DNA from: a virus
Taxonomy: Duplodnaviria; Heunggongvirae; Uroviricota; Caudoviricetes
Direction: 5' to 3' (one strand)
DNA length: 64,000 nt
Virus record (IMG/VR): IMGVR_UViG_3300006141_000002
Below are positions 53,301 through 62,207 of this stretch, piece by piece. Each line of letters starts with the position of its first letter. Positions within the stretch are counted from its first letter, which is position 1. The notes below the pieces were generated by a model that was not told the origin of the DNA, did no database searches, and saw only the letters and a list, made by a program, of their open reading frames with translations. The position numbers and the translations under genes are program-made.

Positions 53301-54221
53301 GTGAGTATTTTAGGCGAGTACACCAACGGGAATTACCGTGTGAGAATCTATAGCGACGGAACGAAGGTTCGTGAAAACGACCTGGATTTCTTTGAGCCTG
53401 AGTTCCCAGAGTCGTTTGACATCAAGATCACAAACCAGTGTGATATGGGATGCGCTATGTGTCACGAGGACTCAAGACCGGATGGCAGACATGGAGACAT
53501 CCTGCATCTGCCATTCTTGGATTCTATCCGCCCCTATACTGAGCTTGCTATTGGCGGCGGCAATCCGCTCGCCCATCCAGATTTGATTCCATTTCTACAG
53601 CAACTCAAAGAGCGGAAGCTGATTCCCAATATCACGGTTAACAAAACGCATTTCATGAAAAATCTTCCCATGCTCCGATACCTGACGGAGCATGGGTTAA
53701 TTTATGGGCTTGGTATCTCCTATCTGGACTGGACGGAAGACACAGACAGCTTTATTGAGATGGTTAAGTATTACCCCAATGCTGTCATTCACATCATCAA
53801 CGGTATGATTTCGATGAAGGGGTTCAGGTCGCTGGCTGGTCACAACCTGAAGATTCTGATTCTCGGGTATAAAGATTTCCGGCGCGGCGAGGACAACTTG
53901 GAGCGGCACGGCGAAGACATCGCGGCTAAAAAGGTTGCACTCTATAACGCATTGGGTGACGCTGTGAAACATGGCTTCTTCAAAGCAGTCAGCTTTGACA
54001 ATCTTGCTATTCGCCAGCTCGATGTAAGGCGGCTGATGTCGGAGGATCAGTGGAAGGAATTCTACATGGGGGACGACGGTATGGATGGAGAGTTCACGTC
54101 CGCCTCCATGTATATCGACGCTGTCGAGGGGAAATTCGCAAAGAATTCCTGTTGCTCCATCCGGCACGATATTACAAACGATATTACAGAAATGTTCCAA
54201 TATCTGAAGAAACAAGGGTGA
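53301..54221 (+). CDS. radical SAM enzyme (second copy in window)
   Basis: ITNQCDMGCAMCHE (CX3CX2C), ELAIGGGNPL; GTG start with RBS AAGGGAGG. Confidence 0.55.
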   Translation: MSILGEYTNGNYRVRIYSDGTKVRENDLDFFEPEFPESFDIKITNQCDMGCAMCHEDSRPDGRHGDILHLPFLDSIRPYTELAIGGGNPLAHPDLIPFLQQLKERKLIPNITVNKTHFMKNLPMLRYLTEHGLIYGLGISYLDWTEDTDSFIEMVKYYPNAVIHIINGMISMKGFRSLAGHNLKILILGYKDFRRGEDNLERHGEDIAAKKVALYNALGDAVKHGFFKAVSFDNLAIRQLDVRRLMSEDQWKEFYMGDDGMDGEFTSASMYIDAVEGKFAKNSCCSIRHDITNDITEMFQYLKKQG

Positions 54222-54225
54222 TACG

Positions 54226-54708
54226 ATGCACAGCAGAATTTTTCAAATTGAGAGCTTGCCAGTCGATGTAGAAGACCGCATCTGCGCAGATTCTATTCCA
54301 GAGTGGTTCACTGGTTCCATCGCTGATTATGTTTCCGATGTTAGCGACGAGAACCGCAATGAAGAACTTGAATGGTTGATGAGTACGAGTTTCGGCCGGG
54401 TGTGTACCAGAGACGGCGATACGCTCACATTCAAAATTGATATTGGCGACTACTTTGACGAATATTTTGAGAAGTTTAAGAAGGCGGTCGATGCTCTGTC
54501 AAAAATTGACTTCAATCAATTTGTTGCAAAATCAACCGTCTGTTGCGGCCTTGACTCGGCTATGTACGACCTGAAAAAATCGTACAGTGATCAATTCGGC
54601 TTTTATGTGTGGAATGAAGATGAACTGTATACAATGCAGCAGTGGATGCGCACGGTAGAGCCGCTGGGGACGTACTATTTGGGCGGCGTTGTTGACTATC
54701 ACTTCTGA
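54226..54708 (+). CDS. hypothetical acidic protein
   Basis: 160 aa ORF. Confidence 0.45.
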   Translation: MHSRIFQIESLPVDVEDRICADSIPEWFTGSIADYVSDVSDENRNEELEWLMSTSFGRVCTRDGDTLTFKIDIGDYFDEYFEKFKKAVDALSKIDFNQFVAKSTVCCGLDSAMYDLKKSYSDQFGFYVWNEDELYTMQQWMRTVEPLGTYYLGGVVDYHF

Positions 54709-55037
54709 TGGAACAAAAGGTCTTGTCTTTTATTTCTCGCTTTACCAACGACGGGAAGTATCAGGAGGTCATCAAAATCTTCACTTGCGGAGCGTGCTAT
54801 TGGTTCGCCAAGATTTTATACGAACGTTTCAAGCAGTATGAGTGGGATGCTAATGTAGCAATCGTCTATGATGCTCCTGTCAACCATTTCGGATGCCGGA
54901 TTGATGGCCATATCTATGACATAACCGGCGACTGTACGGATCAGTACGATTGGAAAAGATGGCCAACATTTGATGACCTCAGTTGGGAACGCAGAATTGT
55001 CCGGGATTGTATCTTGTTTGAGGAGGTAGATGAATGA
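54708..55037 (+). CDS. hypothetical protein
   Basis: ATGA overlap with upstream gene. Confidence 0.45.
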   Translation: MEQKVLSFISRFTNDGKYQEVIKIFTCGACYWFAKILYERFKQYEWDANVAIVYDAPVNHFGCRIDGHIYDITGDCTDQYDWKRWPTFDDLSWERRIVRDCILFEEVDE

Positions 55038-55192
55038 AGGAATCAAATAACTGCGTACATAACAAGATGATTGAGTGCTCCGGGGAGTTTCGACCCTGCT
55101 ACAAGTGCGGTTGGAACCCAGAAGTACGCGAGAAGCGTGTGCAGAAAGCACTCGCCGCACGAAAACCAAAGCAGACGGGGATAAAGCTGTGA
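55034..55192 (+). CDS. 52-aa zinc-ribbon protein
   Basis: CVHNKMIEC...CYKCG; RBS GAGGAGGT. Confidence 0.3.
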   Translation: MKESNNCVHNKMIECSGEFRPCYKCGWNPEVREKRVQKALAARKPKQTGIKL

Positions 55193-55524
55193 GTACACCA
55201 AAGAAACCAATGGTTCCGCATATTAGGGCAGACAATGATAACTTTGGCTGCATTCTCAACTGCGCTGTTCGGTATGCCATCGGCCGCCAGACATACATGC
55301 CTGGTGTTGTGATCGACTTCATCATTCCCTTCCTTCCACATGTGACCAAGAAAACGCTTTACGTGCTTGACCAGGATATAACCGACCAAAAGTATAGAGG
55401 TGGTTACGGAGACAAGAATATCGACGAGCCTTTATGGATGCGGTTTCATCAGATGGTCATAGAGGAAGAGCTGCGGCGTTGCGTGGAACCGTACAAAGAT
55501 TGGAGGATAGAGCAGGATGGTTGA
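55189..55524 (+). CDS. hypothetical protein (GTG start)
   Basis: ORF continuity; alternative ATG at 55210. Confidence 0.35.
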   Translation: MSTPKKPMVPHIRADNDNFGCILNCAVRYAIGRQTYMPGVVIDFIIPFLPHVTKKTLYVLDQDITDQKYRGGYGDKNIDEPLWMRFHQMVIEEELRRCVEPYKDWRIEQDG

Positions 55525-55837
55525 ATTTCAGTCCGTATCTGATTTCTTTCGATCTCACCAGAACGACATCTTTCGATTCTGGGTGTACCGGAAGGTGTAT
55601 ACGCCATATGAACAGCAGCAGGCTTTCATGGATGAGAGTATGTTCGAGGATTCAAGCGCAAACTATGGCTTCGTTATTGAGTGCGTCCCTCTGGGTAACG
55701 GCGATTTCCTAGTAGGTTTCCAAACCGTTGCCGACCCGGATGAAATCGGGGTGCAGTCCTACAACGGGCTGGTTGAATATTACAAGTTGAGCGAGATCCG
55801 CATGGGTCTATATCAGCCAACAACAGAGGAGGAATAA
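55517..55837 (+). CDS. hypothetical protein
   Basis: 106 aa overlapping upstream gene by 8 nt. Confidence 0.4.
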   Translation: MVEFQSVSDFFRSHQNDIFRFWVYRKVYTPYEQQQAFMDESMFEDSSANYGFVIECVPLGNGDFLVGFQTVADPDEIGVQSYNGLVEYYKLSEIRMGLYQPTTEEE

Positions 55838-55841
55838 AAGG

Positions 55842-56480
55842 ATGTATCTGAAAGAAGCTTTTCGGTATCAGAATTTTCTGAGCCGGATGGTTGACCGCAC
55901 CACAATGTATCTGGGCAACCGCAACTACATCACAAAGACGACGCAGGTGCATCTGCGTAAGAAGGCAAATCACGAGGCGGAGGACGAGACGGTCGAGGTG
56001 GTCGTTGATCGTCCGTTCGACTGTACCAACAATCAACTGGTGAGTTTCCTTGAGCATCTGATGAAGGAGAAGGAGAAGCTCACGGCCGCCATCAGCGCAG
56101 CAAAGCGTACCAGCGATATCGACATTGACGCGGAACTGGCCAATAATCGAACTCGCCAAAAGGTGGCTGGAGTCCTTGCCGACATGAGCAAGGCGCGTCC
56201 CTCCGAGAGCGTTATCCGTGGAACCGCCTACAAGTTCAACGGCGAGGGCAATCAGGTCCCGTACAACTACGATGTCAAGCAGGTTACGACCATCGACTTT
56301 GACCGGAACAAGGTCAGAGACGCGAGCCGTGCCATGGTTGCAAAGTCTGACGAGGTTTCCACCAGTATCGACAAGCTGATGGTGGAACTGGTTGTCGAAT
56401 ACGATCCCGAATACAGTGTCAACGACTCCTTCGAGGATATCGTAGCACAGTTTATCGAAGCAGCCCACCCTGCGGAGTAA
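55842..56480 (+). CDS. hypothetical protein
   Basis: 212 aa; RBS AGGAGGAA; terminator-like hairpin after stop. Confidence 0.45.
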   Translation: MYLKEAFRYQNFLSRMVDRTTMYLGNRNYITKTTQVHLRKKANHEAEDETVEVVVDRPFDCTNNQLVSFLEHLMKEKEKLTAAISAAKRTSDIDIDAELANNRTRQKVAGVLADMSKARPSESVIRGTAYKFNGEGNQVPYNYDVKQVTTIDFDRNKVRDASRAMVAKSDEVSTSIDKLMVELVVEYDPEYSVNDSFEDIVAQFIEAAHPAE

Positions 56481-56499
56481 ACATGAGACAGCCATTCGG

Positions 56500-57040
56500 C
56501 TGTCTCGTTCAGGGTCAGAGTGGAATATGAAATTTCAACCGCTTCAGCCACAGACGAAGTGTAGTGCTGCGGGGCGAATTGAGTGCGCCATAGAACTCAA
56601 ATGAAATCTTTCAAAAACAGGAAGATTCCGCCATTTTAAGGTAATGGTCTGGACTTGAAATATATAAATGTGGACTGATAATCCATATCAAGAAAGTAGG
56701 CGTTACCTGTTCATCGTACTTTTTTTGACGCAAATCGTTACGGCGTTCTAAGCATCTACTCGAAAACTCACCAACTCGAACATTGCGGAGCACGATACAC
56801 GCCTCCATATACGCCGTTCTAATTAAAATCTTTGATTGCTGCGTCTTGAAAACGCAATTCTATAATGAGGATGTACCCGTCCTCTTCAGATAATTTTACT
56901 CGTATGAGCAAAGAAATTGGTTGAAATGAATTAGGAAACCCTGACTCTGAACAAGACAGCCGAACATAAGAAACAGCACCCGGACTACCAAATCCATGGC
57001 GGTTCGGGTATTTTTTTCGCACAAATACGAAAGGGAGGAA
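56500..57040 (+). other. 540-bp ORF-free AT-rich region ending in a stem + U7 (candidate sRNA or origin)
   Basis: no ORF; ACCCGGA...UUCGGGU AUUUUUUU at about 56977-57020. Confidence 0.2.
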
Positions 57041-57045
57041 TCATC

Positions 57046-57618
57046 GTGGGACTTGATATGAATGTGTTTCGTATCCAAAAACCGGCTATCGACAAAGGGA
57101 AAGTGTATGACAGAGATGAGCTTGATGGCATTGTACTTAGCAGTGAGGACATCGTGTCTCCAATGTACCGGCAGCTTGCACCGTACTGCGTGGAAGTCCG
57201 AGTTGTCAACCATTACTACGATTTGAAGAAGATCGGAGAGGACTACGGGCTGGAAGATGCTCATATCGGAGGTTGGAGTTGCGACAGCAACGGTTCCTCC
57301 GCCACAAGCATCTATGGAAAGAAAAACGGCGCGAGCGAACATGTGACCATCCCAGATGAGCTGATTGAGAGCAAATACACCATTGACCGCGAGGAAACCT
57401 GCTATGTGTGCGACCGGGATGAGGTATGTTACTGGCGTAAGGCGTACGACATTCAAGACTGGTTCCACAAAAACATCCCGGAACCCGTTGAGAATACAGG
57501 TTACTATGTGCTGAACGAACAGCAGATTGCGGCTTTCAATAAGGAATTCCCGGAAGACAACATTCTTGTAGAGGCGCCAAGTGAGACTTCTGCGCTTGTC
57601 TACTGGGAGTGGTATTAA
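57046..57618 (+). CDS. hypothetical protein (GTG start)
   Basis: RBS AAGGGAGG. Confidence 0.4.
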   Translation: MGLDMNVFRIQKPAIDKGKVYDRDELDGIVLSSEDIVSPMYRQLAPYCVEVRVVNHYYDLKKIGEDYGLEDAHIGGWSCDSNGSSATSIYGKKNGASEHVTIPDELIESKYTIDREETCYVCDRDEVCYWRKAYDIQDWFHKNIPEPVENTGYYVLNEQQIAAFNKEFPEDNILVEAPSETSALVYWEWY

Positions 57619-57631
57619 GGAGGTCATACAT

Positions 57632-58039
57632 ATGTTGGATATTTTCAGATTAAGCCTTGCCGACCAGCGCGACCAGATTGTTTTTGGTGAGGACTACAAA
57701 TCCGAGAAATATGGCGGCGGGCTGAGACGTTTCCACGAACTTACGATTTCTCAAATCGACCAGCTTGAGGAAGTTGGTGTTATTGATAAGAGAGACTCCC
57801 AGAATGACTCCCCTACTGCCGGAGAAATTATTGAGTTTCTCCGCAAGCGGGAGACAGACGGATGGTATGTTCACGGTTACTGTATTGGCCCAGACAGGAA
57901 CGATTTCAGAATTACTTTTGAGGGTGTTGGGAAGAAAACGGCGCCAAGTCAGCAGGATATTATTGACTTTGCTATGATGTTCCGTTTCGCTGATGAGTTC
58001 GATATCAGTGATGATGGGGTACGGTGCTGGTATGACTGA
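57632..58039 (+). CDS. hypothetical protein
   Basis: RBS AAGGAGGT. Confidence 0.45.
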   Translation: MLDIFRLSLADQRDQIVFGEDYKSEKYGGGLRRFHELTISQIDQLEEVGVIDKRDSQNDSPTAGEIIEFLRKRETDGWYVHGYCIGPDRNDFRITFEGVGKKTAPSQQDIIDFAMMFRFADEFDISDDGVRCWYD

Positions 58040-58050
58040 GAGGTGAGATC

Positions 58051-58554
58051 GTGTTTTATGAATTTGATCAGAACAACTCTGGTGGTTCGTTCATTGTGGA
58101 CGATAATGTCTGTCATCGGTTGTTCATCGAAGCGAACAGCGAGGAGGAGGCAATCGCCAAGGCAGAAGATCTTGGATGCTACTGGAACGGCGTTACGGAT
58201 GGAATTGATTGTCCGTGCTGCGGAGATCGCTGGACTCCGTATGCGGATGAAATCAATCTTCTGGAATTCGCCACAAATGGGTACAGTGTGAGCGCCAGCA
58301 GCGAAGACCGCGACAGTGCTATTGCAGAATGGAACAAACGTTATGGAAAGTTCCAGGTTGTCAGCGCGCCAGCGCTTGAGAATAAGATTTTCTACCGTAG
58401 TGTATATGCCACTGGCAGCATTTGTTTTGCTGATATTGAGGAATATGCGCAATTTCTTGCTGACGAGTACGGTTGGACAACGCCGGACGCAAGGATTTAC
58501 TATGCAAACGGTAAGGTCACAGAAATCCATAGTTCCAAGAAATCAAGAAATTAG
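58051..58554 (+). CDS. hypothetical protein (GTG start)
   Basis: RBS GAGGTGAGA. Confidence 0.4.
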   Translation: MFYEFDQNNSGGSFIVDDNVCHRLFIEANSEEEAIAKAEDLGCYWNGVTDGIDCPCCGDRWTPYADEINLLEFATNGYSVSASSEDRDSAIAEWNKRYGKFQVVSAPALENKIFYRSVYATGSICFADIEEYAQFLADEYGWTTPDARIYYANGKVTEIHSSKKSRN

Positions 58555-58563
58555 GTGAAGCCA

Positions 58564-58995
58564 ATGGGATACAGACGTCTGTTTATTATGCGAAAAGACC
58601 TTGCCATGTCTCCAGGCAAGCTGGCTGCACAGGTATCGCATTGTGCTGAAGCCTATTGGACGCATCTTCTCAGGCGAAAAATCACACATGACGGAATGGA
58701 TTTTGTTACTTGCTCCGTTCATGTGGATAAGGAAATTTTTGAGGATTATGTCTGTGGCTCGTTTGTCAAGACCATCTGTGAGGCCAGAAACAAAAGTCAC
58801 CTGTTGAAGGCGAAGACCGTTGCAGAGGAACTTGGTCTGGTCGAAGGGGTGGGGTTCGGGCTGATTTATGATAAGTGTCTGACAGAACTGACGCCAGAGG
58901 AAGACGATGGGACGACTCTTACCGGCATCTGGTTTGCTCCTCTGCCAGATGAGACAGCGCACTCTATCAGTAAAAAGTACCATCTATATACATAA
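58564..58995 (+). CDS. PTH2-family peptidyl-tRNA hydrolase
   Basis: RKDLAMSPGKLAAQVSHCA matches the Pth2 motif (..MG.GK.AAQ..HA). Confidence 0.55.
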   Translation: MGYRRLFIMRKDLAMSPGKLAAQVSHCAEAYWTHLLRRKITHDGMDFVTCSVHVDKEIFEDYVCGSFVKTICEARNKSHLLKAKTVAEELGLVEGVGFGLIYDKCLTELTPEEDDGTTLTGIWFAPLPDETAHSISKKYHLYT

Positions 58996-59012
58996 GACGG
59001 GAGGGATACAGT

Positions 59013-59594
59013 ATGGGTCAGCGGTTGAACTTTGAGGTATGCTATGACGGCGAAGTGCTCGCCAACGCATACTATCACTGGTCTGCCTACACAAGCTCCT
59101 CGCTCGGAATACTGGAGAATGTCATCGAAGCCTATAAAAACAGGACTGAGATCAATCCTCTGCGCGTTGCGGTCGAAATCCTGCAGGCTACTGGAGCTGG
59201 TGTCGATGACGAGGAAAAGAGCAGAATCCGTATGGACAAAAGCGGCAAATTTGATGGTATCAAGTTCCGCGATGCAGTTGATAGAAACGAGGGACTGCTC
59301 TCTGTTACTCCAGAAGGCATTGAGGATACGCGAAGATGGGAGGAAGGCCGCGTTACTGTCGATATCAGCACAGAGAAGTTCCTTTTCGATGTCGTGTGGG
59401 TTGAGAGTAATGAGGAATATGAAGAATACCGTGAGCCTGGGGATGCCGCGAAGCTTCCCTATATGGATGATGTAGGGATTGATATTACCGAGCCATACCC
59501 CTTGTGGAAATGTGATAAGCTGGCGAAGATAATTCGAGACAATCCGGATGGCATCCGGATTGATGATGAAACCATATGGTGTTGGATCGAGTAG
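59013..59594 (+). CDS. hypothetical protein
   Basis: RBS GGGAGGGA. Confidence 0.45.
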   Translation: MGQRLNFEVCYDGEVLANAYYHWSAYTSSSLGILENVIEAYKNRTEINPLRVAVEILQATGAGVDDEEKSRIRMDKSGKFDGIKFRDAVDRNEGLLSVTPEGIEDTRRWEEGRVTVDISTEKFLFDVVWVESNEEYEEYREPGDAAKLPYMDDVGIDITEPYPLWKCDKLAKIIRDNPDGIRIDDETIWCWIE

Positions 59595-59601
59595 GTGCAT
59601 C

Positions 59602-60345
59602 ATGAAAAAGGTCCTCGGATTACTTCTCCTTTTGGCAGTATGGCAGATCGGATCAATGGTAACAATCCCACTCTTTGTTCCGTCTCCGCTATCTGTATGG
59701 AAAGCACTGGTTGGTTTGTACGGAACAGGGCAGCTCATTCCGGGCCTGCTGTATTCTCTTACCAGAATCACAGCGGCATCTTTACTTTCTATGGCAACAG
59801 CGGTTCCGCTCGCCTTGCTGATCTGCTCAGTAAAGTTCTTGAAAGACATGGTGTCGCCAGTGGTGTCTGCCATGCGGTACATACCTGTAACCGCGTTCTC
59901 TCCTCTGCTGATTTTGTGGTTCGGAATTGACGAGACAATGAAGGTCTCGTTTTTATTTTTGGCCACCTTCGTATATGTCCTGCCGTCTACGGTCATGTGC
60001 TTGGAGGATGTTCCACAGGATTTGATTGATACAGGGAAGTCCATTGGAATGCGCCAGCATGAAATCATTACGGAAATTCTCCTGCCAGCCGCACTCCCAT
60101 CTATTATGAGTTCCTTCCTGATGATGTATGGAATCGGATGGACGTACGTTGCTGTGGTTGAAGCGACAAACGCCAAGAGAGGTCTTGGATTCATTATAAA
60201 TGTAGGAGCCGCAAGAGGTAAAACGACAATCGTGTTTGCTGCAATCATTGTGATCGTACTGTTCAGCTATGTGTTTGACAAAATCGGGAACAAGGTTATC
60301 CACCGCGTGTTCAGATGGAGGTACTTGGATGATAATCTTGAATGA
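59602..60345 (+). CDS. ABC transporter permease (TauC/SsuC-like)
   Basis: 6-TM pattern, EAA-like loop region, N-terminal signal-like segment. Confidence 0.6.
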   Translation: MKKVLGLLLLLAVWQIGSMVTIPLFVPSPLSVWKALVGLYGTGQLIPGLLYSLTRITAASLLSMATAVPLALLICSVKFLKDMVSPVVSAMRYIPVTAFSPLLILWFGIDETMKVSFLFLATFVYVLPSTVMCLEDVPQDLIDTGKSIGMRQHEIITEILLPAALPSIMSSFLMMYGIGWTYVAVVEATNAKRGLGFIINVGAARGKTTIVFAAIIVIVLFSYVFDKIGNKVIHRVFRWRYLDDNLE

Positions 60346-60925
60346 TTTGGTAATCGGCTATCAAAAGCCTCTAATGGAGCCAATCAGCATGACGTTTGAG
60401 GATGGCCTCGTGTACGGTATTCTTGGCAAGTCTGGTTGCGGCAAAAGTACACTTCTGAAAACAGTGTCCAAAATGATAAAGCCACTTTCTGGTTCCGTTC
60501 AATTTGACGATGACAAAGGCATCTATATGATGCACCAGCGGTATACAAATTTCAACTGGCTGACATGTATCGACAATGTTCTGATAGCAGTACGGCAGAG
60601 GCGAAAAAGAAAAGAGCTAAAGCCGGTTGCAGAGGCAATCTTGGAGCAGGTTGGACTCAGCGAGTATATGGATTGGTATCCAACAGAACTGTCCGGTGGA
60701 ATGCAGCAGCGCCTTTCGTTAGCAAGGGTTCTGTTTGTCCGGCCTCGGTATCTGCTTATGGACGAGCCACTGTCCGCGCTGGATGATGCGACCAGAGCGA
60801 AGATGCAGCGTTTGATTATGGACATTCATCAGGAAACAAACAGCACCGTCGTGATGGTTACGCACAGCGAGGACGAAGCGCGAAAAATGTGTGACAAAAT
60901 TATAAAACTTGGAGGAGAAACATGA
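60329..60925 (+). CDS. ABC transporter ATP-binding protein
   Basis: Walker A GKSGCGKST, signature LSGGMQQR, Walker B LLMDEP. Confidence 0.7.
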   Translation: MIILNDLVIGYQKPLMEPISMTFEDGLVYGILGKSGCGKSTLLKTVSKMIKPLSGSVQFDDDKGIYMMHQRYTNFNWLTCIDNVLIAVRQRRKRKELKPVAEAILEQVGLSEYMDWYPTELSGGMQQRLSLARVLFVRPRYLLMDEPLSALDDATRAKMQRLIMDIHQETNSTVVMVTHSEDEARKMCDKIIKLGGET

Positions 60926-61464
60926 ATTTATTTGAAAAAATTGGGCTTGTTGAGCGCGAAGCTCCGGTGCTGGACAGCACATATCAAGCGCCTGTCAATG
61001 TCGATAGCGACCTGCCGGATGTTGACGCGGAGGTGAGTTCTCCAGAGAGCGTGGTAAGCGACATTTATGCCCAGAACGATCTGAGCGATAAGAGCAACTC
61101 TATCTTCACTGTCCAGGCGCTCATTGCCACGCTGCCGTCTGAAATGACGACCGCCAAGAAGCAGGCAACTGTGTCTGGCATTCTCCAGGTGTCTGGAAAG
61201 TCCGTTCAGGATCTTTTGGACGACGCCGCAAAGCGTATTGAGACCCTGACTGCGGCGCGTGACAAAATCGTCGGCGAGCGCAACGCCGAAATCTCCGAGG
61301 CCAATGCGGACATCGAGTCTCTCAAGCAGGCGATTGAGGCCGCGAATATTAAGATCAGGGAGGCCGAGGAAATTATCAACGCCACCAAACAGTCCGTTTC
61401 TGACGAGATCAGCGTCATTGACGGTCTGGTGGAATTTTGTAATGGAATGGAGGAAACCAAATGA
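60922..61464 (+). CDS. coiled-coil hypothetical protein
   Basis: heptad-rich, overlapping starts. Confidence 0.4.
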   Translation: MNLFEKIGLVEREAPVLDSTYQAPVNVDSDLPDVDAEVSSPESVVSDIYAQNDLSDKSNSIFTVQALIATLPSEMTTAKKQATVSGILQVSGKSVQDLLDDAAKRIETLTAARDKIVGERNAEISEANADIESLKQAIEAANIKIREAEEIINATKQSVSDEISVIDGLVEFCNGMEETK

Positions 61465-62204
61465 AGCTGATCTTAGGCATTGTTCTCGGGATTATTCTTC
61501 TGGCCTTGCTCATCTTCCCTGAGTTTCGCAAGAAAATCAAGGTTCTGGTGGGCGGGTTCCTGAACGTGTTTGTCGAGGACGCGGCAAAGACGCCGGAGGG
61601 CGCCGAAGCTGTGTTCAATCAGGCCATTCAAGAAGCCCAGAACAACTACAACAAAGCCGCTTCCACATTCAATAAGCTGTCTGGCGAGCTGAAAAGTACA
61701 GAGGATTCGATTGCAAGGCTCACAAAGGAGCTGCGAGATGTGGAGGCAAACTGCGAGCGTCTGGTAAAAAGCGGGCAGTACAGTGATGCGGAGGTCTATT
61801 CCGCTCGAAGGAGCGAAATCCTTTCGGAGATCGAGCGGAAGAAGGAGTGCGCAGAGAAGCTGAAACCTATGGTTGCAGACGCACGGCAAATCTACGCTGC
61901 GTGTGGGAAGAAGCTCACAGATCTGAAGCGGGTCAAGAAGGAGACGGTTGCAAAGCTCCAGATGAACGGCCAGCTTAAGGATCTCCTTGGCGACTTGGAC
62001 GAACTCCGCAAGGACACCGCAACGTCCAGAATGCTTGACGCTGTGATGGACAAGTCGAGGGATCTCCAGAAGGAGGTTGATGGTGCGCGAATTGTCCATG
62101 AGAACCGCGCTTCCACCAAGATTGCCCGCGCTGAGCAGAAGGCCGCGCAGATGCGCGGAGACGAGTATCTCGAATCTCTCAAAAAGAAATATGGAGGAAA
62201 GTAA
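61461..62204 (+). CDS. PspA/IM30-like coiled-coil protein with N-terminal TM segment
   Basis: long amphipathic coiled coil, N-terminal hydrophobic helix. Confidence 0.4.
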   Translation: MKLILGIVLGIILLALLIFPEFRKKIKVLVGGFLNVFVEDAAKTPEGAEAVFNQAIQEAQNNYNKAASTFNKLSGELKSTEDSIARLTKELRDVEANCERLVKSGQYSDAEVYSARRSEILSEIERKKECAEKLKPMVADARQIYAACGKKLTDLKRVKKETVAKLQMNGQLKDLLGDLDELRKDTATSRMLDAVMDKSRDLQKEVDGARIVHENRASTKIARAEQKAAQMRGDEYLESLKKKYGGK

Positions 62205-62207
62205 ACG

